Of a stretch of 64,000 nt of DNA, positions 21,344 to 30,152 are shown in pieces. Within the stretch, counting starts at the first letter, position 1; every line of letters begins with the position of its first letter. Below the pieces are notes generated by a model that was given only the letters and a program-made list of their open reading frames with translations, was not told where the DNA came from and ran no database searches. Origin of the DNA: an uncultured Candidatus Binatia bacterium (lineage in GTDB: Bacteria; Desulfobacterota; Binatia; UBA9968; JAJDTQ01); contig OZ219754.1 of the NCBI GenBank assembly GCA_964291295.2, positions 3,456,001-3,520,000 of the forward strand, written 5' to 3'. The position numbers were made by a program, and so were the translations under genes.

Positions 21344-22210
21344 TCATGTCAGCGAAAAAGCCAGATGCGAACGAACGTCTTTTTCGCCGTCGAAGCCCGC
21401 GAACGCCTTTCTGGCACCCGCCTCGTCAGCGAACACCCCGAAAACCGCAGAGCCGCTGCCCGACATCAGACTGCCGATGGCCCCTTCCTGATGGAGGCGT
21501 TGCTTGAGCCAGGCAATACGCGGATAGCGGCCGATGGTTACGGTTTCGAGGTCGTTGACCATCACCCGAGCCACTTCGTGAGGAGTATCCAACTCGTGAG
21601 GAGTATCCAATTTTTCGATCAAGTTATTATTGTCGGACGATTTTGTCAACTTGAACCGGAAGTTGCGGTAGACCCAAGCGGTGGATACCGGGAATACGGG
21701 AAACAGCACCACCATCCAGAGCACGGGCAACCCGTCGAGCGGACTCAACCGCTCACCGACTCCCCGCGCCCGGGCCGGCTCGCCGCGGATGAAGAAAGGC
21801 ACGTCGGCCCCCACCGACAGCGCCAGCGTCATGAGATCACCGGTGGACAGACCGGTTTCGAACAGATCGTTGATCCCGCGCAGGGCAGCCGCGGCATCGG
21901 TGCTGCCGCCACCGAGCCCGGCGCCAACGGGAATGCGCTTCCGGATCGTCACCGCCACGGCGTCGCGGCGGCCGGTTCGATCCTGGAAGGCCCGGACCGC
22001 CCGATGGACCGTGTTCTCCTTTCCCAAGGGAATATCGGGGACATCCGCATCAAGCGTCAACGATCCCGCGGGACCATCCACCCGGGTGACCTCGACCTCA
22101 TCTCCCAGGCTGATGGGCACCATCAGGGTGTCGAGCAGGTGATAGCCGTCATCCCGCCGACCCGTGACCCGGAGGTGGAGATTCACCTTGGCGGGCGCGA
22201 ACAGTTTCAT
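21344..22210 (-). CDS. ispE: 4-diphosphocytidyl-2-C-methyl-D-erythritol kinase
   Basis: APAKVNL, IPVGAGLGGGS, GADVPFF, MSGSGS. Confidence 0.95.
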   Translation of the reverse strand: MKLFAPAKVNLHLRVTGRRDDGYHLLDTLMVPISLGDEVEVTRVDGPAGSLTLDADVPDIPLGKENTVHRAVRAFQDRTGRRDAVAVTIRKRIPVGAGLGGGSTDAAAALRGINDLFETGLSTGDLMTLALSVGADVPFFIRGEPARARGVGERLSPLDGLPVLWMVVLFPVFPVSTAWVYRNFRFKLTKSSDNNNLIEKLDTPHELDTPHEVARVMVNDLETVTIGRYPRIAWLKQRLHQEGAIGSLMSGSGSAVFGVFADEAGARKAFAGFDGEKDVRSHLAFSLT

Positions 22211-22245
22211 GGGACCACGTCACCGCCGCCGGCGCGCAGCCGTGT

Positions 22246-23334
22246 TCAAGGCCGGATCAACGCCTTGGTCGGAAACAGCTCCGGTATCTCGCCGCCCACG
22301 GCCTGGATGCACTTCTCGGTCTCGTCCAGCGAGAAGACATGGCTTACCATCTCCTCCACCGGGAACCGGGTGGCCTCGATTAGCCGCATGGTGGCCTCCA
22401 CCGCGTCGTTGTCGCCGGTGAAACAACCCTGGAGCTTGATCTCGCCCCACACCAGCTTGTCCATGTGGACCTCGGTGACGGTCTTGTCGCCGGTGAGCCC
22501 GGCCAGCACCAGGGTCCCCTGGCGGCGCAGGCAATCGATGGAGGCCAGGATCGCCCGGGGGTTGCCCGACACGTCCACCACAACGTCCGCCATGGCGCCG
22601 TCGGTCTCCTCCCGCACGACGTCCACCACGTTCTCTTCCTCGACGTTGATGACCCGGTGGGCGCCCCACTTCTTCGCCAACTCCATCCGGGGCGCGTCCC
22701 GGCCGATACCGGATACCAGGATCTTCGCCGCGCCCGCGTGTCTGGCGGCGAAGGTACAGGCCAACCCCTGCTGTCCGGGACCCTGGATCAGCACGTAGTC
22801 GCCCATGGTGACGCCGCCACGGCGCAGCGCCCACTGAAACCCGTTGGCCATGACCGAGCCGATGAGGGCGGCCGCCTCGGCCGGAAGGTCGTCGCTGACC
22901 CGGGTCATCAGCACGTCGGGAGCCAGATAGAGATAGTCCGCAAAGCCGCCGAAGAGGTGCGGCGGGGCGGCGCTGGTGGTGCGGCCGCCGTAGTTGGTCC
23001 GGTTCCGGCAGAACCGCTGCGCGTTACGCCGGCAGTCGGTGCAGCGGCCGCAGCCGATGGCGCCCTTGAGGATGACGCGGTCCCCCTCCTTGACGCCGTG
23101 GATCTTCGCGGCCTTGGAGCCGAGCTTCTCCACTCGGCCCAGGATCTCGTGGCCCAGGATGATGGGCAGGGGCAGATTGATCCGGCCGTGGTAGTATTTG
23201 ACGTCGGAGCCGCAGACGCCTCCCATCTCCACCTTCAGCAATCCGCCGTCTTCGGGAATCTCGGGTATGGGATATTCCCGGATCTCGAGCTTGTCGGGGG
23301 CGAGCAACGTCGCCGCTCTGCTGGTGTTCGCCAT
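22246..23334 (-). CDS. Zinc-dependent alcohol dehydrogenase (MDR family)
   Basis: GVCGSD, GHE, CGRCTDC..C, GPGQQG. Confidence 0.9.
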   Translation of the reverse strand: MANTSRAATLLAPDKLEIREYPIPEIPEDGGLLKVEMGGVCGSDVKYYHGRINLPLPIILGHEILGRVEKLGSKAAKIHGVKEGDRVILKGAIGCGRCTDCRRNAQRFCRNRTNYGGRTTSAAPPHLFGGFADYLYLAPDVLMTRVSDDLPAEAAALIGSVMANGFQWALRRGGVTMGDYVLIQGPGQQGLACTFAARHAGAAKILVSGIGRDAPRMELAKKWGAHRVINVEEENVVDVVREETDGAMADVVVDVSGNPRAILASIDCLRRQGTLVLAGLTGDKTVTEVHMDKLVWGEIKLQGCFTGDNDAVEATMRLIEATRFPVEEMVSHVFSLDETEKCIQAVGGEIPELFPTKALIRP

Positions 23335-23449
23335 CGTGTACCTCCTTGACGGACGCGGTGATTCCCGCGGTCCCATGCCACCACCCCGCTCCGTCCGGCT
23401 TGTGCGCAAGGTCGGACTCGAAGCGCAGGTGCCCCATACCACTTGCGGT

Positions 23450-24805
23450 TCAGTCGATGAAATCCTCCAGACGGACCCGTCCGTGCACCGCGTCCGGCAC
23501 GGCGAGCCGCCTGGGAAAGTCCTTCCGTTTCTTGGTGGCGTCGATCACCATCTTGGCCGTCAGGCCTCCCTGTCCGCTGGACGGGTCGATCTCCGATCCC
23601 TGGCAGCGGGGAACGACCAGCGTGTCGGTGTCCGCCTGGACACGGTTGGCCACCGCCCACATCACGTCGCGCTCGTTGTAGACGTCCACGTCGCCGTCCA
23701 CCACGATCACCAGCTTGAGGTAGAGATCCGTGGCCATGGCCGCCATGGCCGCGTTGCGCACCTCTCCATCCGAGCGCTTGTCCAGGGAGACGTAGCAGTG
23801 AAACCGGGAACACCCGGACGGCGGCATGTGCACGGCCCGGGTGCCGGCGGCCAACGCCTTCACCGCCCTGAAGATCGCCGCCTCCCGCGGGATGGACCCC
23901 ATCAGCCGCTGCTCCGAGTGGCCGGTGAAGATATCCTGGTAGAGCGGCTTTTCGCGCAACGTGACGCCGGTGATCTCCGCCACATGATTCCTGCGCACGC
24001 CAACGGCGTGGCCCGTGAACTCCCCGAAGGGCCCCTCCTCTTCGCGCACGCGGGGCAGGATCCGCCCCTCGAGAACCATCTCCGCCTGGGCCGGAACCTC
24101 AAGGTCCACGGTCTCGCAGCGCACCAGCGGCACCGGCTGCCGCATCATGCCGCCGATGACGTCGTACTCGTCCACGTCAAAGGCGGCCAGCGACAGCGCA
24201 CCGATGGCGAAGGCGGGATGGACCCCCACGACGAAGGCGATGTCCAGCGGTTCGTCCCGTTCCTCGGCATTGCGCTGGCAGCGCATGAGGTGCATTCCCG
24301 GCGCCAGGTGCATGCGCAGGCGGTTCCGCTCCACCATCATGGCTCGGTTGAAGCTGAGATTGCGCACCCCGCTCAGGGGGTCTCGGGCCACCACGATGCC
24401 CGCGGTCACATACGGTGCCGTGCTGACGTCGAAGTGCGTCAACAGGGGAATCTCGCCCAGGTCCACAGCCACGCCGGTGCGCACCACCTCCTTGACCGGC
24501 CCGTCCTCGACGAGCTCCGGCGCCACCGGGTTGCGTTCCCGGCTGCGGTACTCCTCCACCAGATCGTTGGCATCCACGTCCAGCGCCATGGCCAGACGCT
24601 TGCGGGTGGCATGCAGGTTCGTGATGACAGGCATGGAGAAACCCCGCACCTCGTGCACGAACAGCGCGGGGAACCTCCCGGACGATTCGAGTTCCATGAG
24701 CAGGGCGGTCACCTCATGCTCGGGCCGCACCGGCTTGCGGATGTGCAGCAGTTCCTCAGGTCCCTCGTCTTCCAGACGGTCCACGAATGACCGCAGATCC
24801 TTCAT
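23450..24805 (-). CDS. UbiD family (prFMN-dependent) decarboxylase
   Basis: EEGPFGEFTG, VIVVDGDVD, IDPS, IDATK. Confidence 0.92.
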   Translation of the reverse strand: MKDLRSFVDRLEDEGPEELLHIRKPVRPEHEVTALLMELESSGRFPALFVHEVRGFSMPVITNLHATRKRLAMALDVDANDLVEEYRSRERNPVAPELVEDGPVKEVVRTGVAVDLGEIPLLTHFDVSTAPYVTAGIVVARDPLSGVRNLSFNRAMMVERNRLRMHLAPGMHLMRCQRNAEERDEPLDIAFVVGVHPAFAIGALSLAAFDVDEYDVIGGMMRQPVPLVRCETVDLEVPAQAEMVLEGRILPRVREEEGPFGEFTGHAVGVRRNHVAEITGVTLREKPLYQDIFTGHSEQRLMGSIPREAAIFRAVKALAAGTRAVHMPPSGCSRFHCYVSLDKRSDGEVRNAAMAAMATDLYLKLVIVVDGDVDVYNERDVMWAVANRVQADTDTLVVPRCQGSEIDPSSGQGGLTAKMVIDATKKRKDFPRRLAVPDAVHGRVRLEDFID

Positions 24806-24841
24806 GGGGGTTCTCCGTTGCCGCAGCCGCGGTGCCGACGG

Positions 24842-25843
24842 TCAGGCCATGCCGAACAGCCGCTCGGCGTTCCCGCCCAGGATCTTGTCCCGTTCCGTCC
24901 GGCTCAGACGAATCTTCTCGACGATCTCCAGGGGCCGGGGATCCCCGATGCCGAACGGACAGTCGCTGCCGAGCAGCACATGGTCGGCCCCCGCCTCCGC
25001 GACCAGGAACTCCAGCACGTCGGGTTCGAACACGATGGTGTCGTAGTAGAACCAGCGCAGCACGTCCGCGCCCATGAGTGCGGTGTTCTTCCGGATGTCC
25101 GGCTGGATCTCCCGGCCCCGGGTCATGCGGCCGAACTGGTAGGGCAGGAAGCCGCCGCCGTGGCAAAGGATGATCCTGAGGTCCGGGAAACGGTCCAGCA
25201 CGCCGCTGAAGTAGAGACAGGCCACCGCCACGGTGGTATCCGCCAGCAGACCCACCACATGGGTCAGGAAGTACTTGCCCAGCCGGTCGATGCCCAGCGG
25301 GTTCAGCGGATGGATGATGAGCGGCACCTTGAGGCGCTCGGCGCTCTTCCAGAAGGGATCCAGCCCCGGATCGTCAAGATTGGCGCCATCGATGTTGGAG
25401 CCGATCATGGCGCCCGTGAGCCCGCACTCCCCGACCGCGTACTCCAACTCCTCGGCCGCCCGGGCGCCATCCTGCAGCGGCACGGTGGCGGTGCCGCGGA
25501 ACAGGCCCTCCCGGTCGCCGTCGGCCAGGGCCTCGCGCATGGAATCGTTCAGCATGCGGCTCCAGCGGACCGCCTGCTCCACCGGAAGCATGTAGCCCAC
25601 GACATCCATCCACGCCGACAGGATCTGCCGGTCCAGGCGACTCTCCCGCACCGTGTCCCGGCGCCGGGGCAGATCCGTGGCGGGCGCCAGAATGGGCCGG
25701 GCCAACGCCCGCCCCTGCCCCAGCCGCAGCCGCGGCCCCTGCGGTGTTTCCTCCCCCACCTCCACCCCGAAGGACCCTCCGTCCCGGCGGAGCCGTTCCA
25801 GCACGGCCGGCGGCACGTAGTGCGCGTGACAGTCGATTTTCAT
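24842..25843 (-). CDS. Amidohydrolase_2 family (ACMSD-like) protein
   Basis: MKIDCHAHY, IIHP, CHGGGFLP, GSDCPF. Confidence 0.88.
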   Translation of the reverse strand: MKIDCHAHYVPPAVLERLRRDGGSFGVEVGEETPQGPRLRLGQGRALARPILAPATDLPRRRDTVRESRLDRQILSAWMDVVGYMLPVEQAVRWSRMLNDSMREALADGDREGLFRGTATVPLQDGARAAEELEYAVGECGLTGAMIGSNIDGANLDDPGLDPFWKSAERLKVPLIIHPLNPLGIDRLGKYFLTHVVGLLADTTVAVACLYFSGVLDRFPDLRIILCHGGGFLPYQFGRMTRGREIQPDIRKNTALMGADVLRWFYYDTIVFEPDVLEFLVAEAGADHVLLGSDCPFGIGDPRPLEIVEKIRLSRTERDKILGGNAERLFGMA

Positions 25844-25895
25844 GGTGCAGCCTCGATGATGATGACCGGCGGGGTTCCAGGTGGCGGTCGGTCCT

Positions 25896-26176
25896 TCAGA
25901 AAGCCTGCCGGCTGCGGTCGACACGGTTGAACCGCCCGCGGTTCCGCATGATCCGTGTGCACCGCCTAGCCACCAGACAGCCGCCGGTGCAAAGGCCGCC
26001 GCCTTCCTCTTCCCGGCACGCGGGTGAGTGCCGGTTCGCCTGCCGCCCGCTCCGGCAGCGCGTGCGGATTGATATCGGGGAGAGCCGCAACGAGATCGAC
26101 GCCGGCCTCCTTCAGCCCCTCGACGATCAGTCCCGGTCCGGATCCGGTCCCGGTCCGGGATGGCCGGCCACGTCAT
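25896..26176 (-). pseudogene. Frameshifted TPP-dependent (sulfopyruvate/phosphonopyruvate) decarboxylase alpha-subunit remnant
   Basis: GGAGGAG-ATG, then in shifted frames LIVEGLKEAGVDLVAALPD and CREEEGGGLCTG..IMRNRG. Confidence 0.6.
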
Positions 26177-26730
26177 GCTCCTCCATACCATTTCGAAGTC
26201 TGAATATCTCTTTTTTGCACCCACCGCGTCAACCGCACCGGGTGCGCCGCCCGCGGTGCCGCGGCGTGCCTTCGTCCGGGTCGGCACACGGCCCCGGGCA
26301 AGTTGCGGGCGCACCGGCTATTGGCTAAGTTTCATGGCGCGGGGCGTGTAGCCGCGCCGCGTCGAATGTGTCGAAGGGAGCCCGCGGACATCGTGAATCC
26401 CGGCGTCGGACTGCCGTTCCGGACCTCCAATCACCAGCCGACCTTTGAGGCCTTGGTGCCCAAGGCCGACCCCGGATCCCGCACCGGGCGGCGCGCGGCG
26501 GCGTCGATGCCGGCGGCGTCGGGTAGCAGAGCGGAGGCTGCCGGGAGCGGCAGTGACCGTGCGCGCCTCGAAGCCCGGCCGGCCCGGGCCAGGTTCACCG
26601 ACCTGGAAGCCCTTCGCGGGGCTGTCGCGCTCCATCGTGCACCGGGCACCGCCGAACCGACCCCGAAGCTCGCAGCCCCCGGGCCGAATCCCATCCACCG
26701 GTTGACCGAGGTGGTCGCCAAGGAGTCGTA

Positions 26731-27639
26731 ATGCCCCCAAGCCGTCTCGTCCCCACGGACCATGAGGTATACCTGGATCACGTGGGGCTCTTCGTACCGG
26801 ACTTCGACGCCTCTCCCCGAAGGCTCCAGGAGCTGGGCTTCTCCCTGACCCCGTTCGTGGCCCACATGGCCAGTACCGAGCCCGGCGTCGAGCCCACCCC
26901 CAGCGGCACCGGAAACCGCTGCGCCATCTTCAGACAAGGCTATCTTGAAATGCTCGGACCCACTGTGGACACGCCGCTTTCGCGCCAGCTCCGGGCGCAA
27001 CTCGACCGCTACCCCGGATGGCACCTGATCGCGTTCGCGGCCAACCACCCCGAGGAAAACCACGAGCGCATCCGCCGGGACGGCTTCAGCCCGTTGCCGC
27101 TGGTGCGGCTGGCCCGCCCGGTGCCCACGGACACCGGGCAGGAGACCTGCCGTTTCTCGGTGATCCGGGTGCCGCCGGAGACCATGCCCGAGGGTCGTAT
27201 CCAGATCGTCACGCACCACACGCCGGAGTTGGTGTGGCAGCCTCGCGACCTGCATCAGCCCAACGGCGCCGTCGCCCTTGCCGGCGTGCTGGTGTGCGTG
27301 GACGATCCGCGGGAGGCGTGCGAGCGATTCAGCCGCTTCGCCGGCGTCGGAGCGGTGGAATGGACAGACACCTGGGAAATGGGGCTCCAGCAGGGCCGCG
27401 TGGTCTTCATCGAAGGCCGGCGCTTCCGCGAGCGTTATCCGGACCGGAACCTCCCCTGCACGCCCTATATCGCCGAGGTCTCCCTGCGCACCGACGACCT
27501 GGCCGCCACGCGCCGCTATTTCGACGGCGCCGGCATCCTCTACGAGACCCCTGCCAGCGACGCGCTGCGCATTCCCGGCGCCGAGGCCCTGGGGGCCTCC
27601 TTTCTTTTCCACGCGTCACCGGAGGGAGGCATCCCCTGA
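26731..27639 (+). CDS. VOC/glyoxalase-like family protein
   Basis: [19 protein letters not shown]. Confidence 0.82.
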   Translation: MPPSRLVPTDHEVYLDHVGLFVPDFDASPRRLQELGFSLTPFVAHMASTEPGVEPTPSGTGNRCAIFRQGYLEMLGPTVDTPLSRQLRAQLDRYPGWHLIAFAANHPEENHERIRRDGFSPLPLVRLARPVPTDTGQETCRFSVIRVPPETMPEGRIQIVTHHTPELVWQPRDLHQPNGAVALAGVLVCVDDPREACERFSRFAGVGAVEWTDTWEMGLQQGRVVFIEGRRFRERYPDRNLPCTPYIAEVSLRTDDLAATRRYFDGAGILYETPASDALRIPGAEALGASFLFHASPEGGIP

Positions 27640-29006
27640 GCACGGACACACGCTACGACTACGATCTGTTCACCATCGGCGCGGGCTCAGGTGGCGTGCG
27701 CGCCAGCCGCGTGGCGGCCGCCTGTGGCGCCCGCGCGGCGGTGGCGGAGGAGCGCCGTCTGGGCGGCACCTGTGTCAACGTCGGCTGCATTCCCAAGAAG
27801 TTGCTGGTCTACGGCTCCCACTTCGGCGGCGACTTCGAGGACGCCGCAGGCTTTGGCTGGACCGTTGGCGACCGGACCTTCGACTGGCCGGCGCTGATCC
27901 GGAACAAGGACCGCGAGATCGCACGGCTCAACTCGATCTACCGCGAACTGCTCGAACGCCACGGGGTCGATCTGTTCGAGTCCCGGGCCCGGGTGCTGGA
28001 CCCGCACACCGTGGAGGTAGGCGGCCGAAAGGTGACCGCCGCCAACATACTGGTGGCCACCGGCGGCTGGCCCACGGTGCCCGACGTTCCCGGCAAGGAG
28101 CATGCCATCACATCCAACGAGGCATTTCACCTGGCGGAGATGCCCCGGCGCGTGGTCATCGTCGGCGGCGGCTACATCGCGGTGGAGTTCGCCGGCATCT
28201 TCAACGGCCTCGGCGCCGAGGTCACCCAGCTCTATCGCGGCCCACTGTTCATGCGCGGCTTCGACCTCGACGTCCGCAACACGCTGGCCGACGAAATGCG
28301 CAAGAAAGGCATCGACCTGCGCTTCGGCGCCGACATTGCCGGCATCGAGCGGGACGGCGGCAGCCTGACCGCCGCGCTGAAGGACGGCGCCACCCTGAAG
28401 ACCGATGCGGTGATGTTCGCCACCGGCAGGCTGCCCAATACCCGCGGCCTGGGAATCGGGGAGATCGGCGTCGAACTCGCGGGCAACGGCGCGGTGGTGG
28501 TGGACGAGCGCTACCGGACCCGCGTCCCGTCCATCTGGGCGCTGGGGGACGTGACCCACCGGGTCACCCTCACCCCCGTGGCCATTGCCGAGGCGATGAT
28601 CTTCGCCCGAAGCCTCTTCAGAGGCGACGTCGAGCCCATGCACTACAGGAACATTCCGTCCGCGGTCTTCAGCCAACCGCCGGTGGGCACCGTGGGCTAC
28701 ACCGAGGAAGCCGCCCGGGAGAGCTGCGGGGAGGTGGACGTCTACCGGTCGGTCTTTCGCCCGCTCAAGCACACCCTGTCCGGCCGGGACGAAAAGACGA
28801 TGATGAAGCTCGTGGCCGAGCGGGCCAGCAACCGGGTGGTGGGCTGCCACATGGTGGGGGCGGACGCCGGCGAGATCGTCCAGGGGCTGGCGGTGGCACT
28901 CAACTGCAACGCCACCAAGGCCGACTTCGACCGTACCATCGGGATCCATCCCACCGCCGCGGAGGAGTTCGTCACCATGCGCGAATCCGCCGCGGCCGGG
29001 AACTAG
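27636..29006 (+). CDS. gor: Glutathione-disulfide reductase (probable CTG start)
   Basis: [37 protein letters not shown]. Confidence 0.93.
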   Translation: MSTDTRYDYDLFTIGAGSGGVRASRVAAACGARAAVAEERRLGGTCVNVGCIPKKLLVYGSHFGGDFEDAAGFGWTVGDRTFDWPALIRNKDREIARLNSIYRELLERHGVDLFESRARVLDPHTVEVGGRKVTAANILVATGGWPTVPDVPGKEHAITSNEAFHLAEMPRRVVIVGGGYIAVEFAGIFNGLGAEVTQLYRGPLFMRGFDLDVRNTLADEMRKKGIDLRFGADIAGIERDGGSLTAALKDGATLKTDAVMFATGRLPNTRGLGIGEIGVELAGNGAVVVDERYRTRVPSIWALGDVTHRVTLTPVAIAEAMIFARSLFRGDVEPMHYRNIPSAVFSQPPVGTVGYTEEAARESCGEVDVYRSVFRPLKHTLSGRDEKTMMKLVAERASNRVVGCHMVGADAGEIVQGLAVALNCNATKADFDRTIGIHPTAAEEFVTMRESAAAGN

Positions 29007-29015
29007 ACCCACACG

Positions 29016-29360
29016 TTGACGGAGATGGGCCGAGTCGGATCGATTCTGGCGGTTTGCCTTGCCTTGGCGCTGTCAAGCGCCTGCGGCGAGAAAGGCGAAG
29101 AGGCGAAGGGACCGGACCCGGCCCGAGGGAGGCGGCTGTACCTCGCGACCTGCATCGTCTGTCACAATACGGATCCGGGCAAGCCGGGCTCCCAGGGGCC
29201 GGCCGTCAAGGGGGCTTCCCTGGAACTCCTGGAGGCCAAGGTCCTGCACAAGCGCTATCCGCCCGGCTACACGCCGAAACGCACCACCAACGCCATGCCC
29301 ACCTACCCCCAGCTCCGGAAAAGAATGGCCGATATCACCGCCTATCTGGCGCAGCCGTAG
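29016..29360 (+). CDS. Monoheme c-type cytochrome, lipoprotein-like
   Basis: LSSAC lipobox-like; CIVCH; distal MP. Confidence 0.82.
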   Translation: MTEMGRVGSILAVCLALALSSACGEKGEEAKGPDPARGRRLYLATCIVCHNTDPGKPGSQGPAVKGASLELLEAKVLHKRYPPGYTPKRTTNAMPTYPQLRKRMADITAYLAQP

Positions 29361-29365
29361 GCGGC

Positions 29366-30064
29366 CTACGCCATCTCCAGGAGAATCCAGTAGATCAAGG
29401 TGAGGATCAGGCCGCTCCAGATCACGCCCGGGATGGAGGTCAGGAGCTTCTTGGTGCCGCCCCCGGGATTGCCCGCCAGGGCGTTGATCTCCACCACGGC
29501 GATGATCGCCAGGCTGACGATCCAGAAGATCGCCACGCCGCCGCCGTACTCGCCGTGCGGATAGTGGCTCGCCGCCCCCATGAGGAACAGCATGGGCATG
29601 GACAACATCGTGTTGGTGCGGGAGGCGAAGCCGGCCCACTGCCCCTTGCTCGCCGCATCGGGAAGCGCCTCGCCGCCCTCGGCCACCTTGCGGGCGGAGG
29701 CGATGACGACCTGCTGATTGGGCCAGATCACCAGCCACACATTGAGGAACATGATCGTTCCCATGACGCCGCCGACGGTGATGGCCATGCCGTAGCCGCT
29801 GGTGAAGAAATCACTGCTCAACTGCCCCAGCTTGATGAGCCACATGAGAATACCCGCCAGGAAGGTGAACATCGCGCCCCAGCGAAACCACCAGAGGGCG
29901 CGGGGCACGAGTTTCTGGATGGCGCCGCTGCGAACCGCCGCTTCGGTCTCGGCGAAGAACGGGGTCTGAACGAAGTTGAAGTAGTAGAGCAAGCCGATCC
30001 AGGTCACGCCGGCCAAGAAATGCACCCACCGCAGCAAGAACTCGATTATACCAACGAACTCCAT
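29366..30064 (-). CDS. PuuD/urate hydroxylase-like membrane protein
   Basis: RWVHFLAGVTWIGLLYYFNFVQ, NVWLVIWPNQ, SRTNTMLSMPM. Confidence 0.78.
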   Translation of the reverse strand: MEFVGIIEFLLRWVHFLAGVTWIGLLYYFNFVQTPFFAETEAAVRSGAIQKLVPRALWWFRWGAMFTFLAGILMWLIKLGQLSSDFFTSGYGMAITVGGVMGTIMFLNVWLVIWPNQQVVIASARKVAEGGEALPDAASKGQWAGFASRTNTMLSMPMLFLMGAASHYPHGEYGGGVAIFWIVSLAIIAVVEINALAGNPGGGTKKLLTSIPGVIWSGLILTLIYWILLEMA

Positions 30065-30152
30065 CAGGTACCTCCTGTTTGTGTCTGGTAAAACAACCCG
30101 GCGCATTATACGCCGTAACGGGCCGGATGGTCAACGAAAGGCCCCACGCCAT

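Noticed and set aside
26303-26731. 142-aa ORF upstream of the VOC gene
   Set aside because: No recognisable motif or start; probably a decayed fragment
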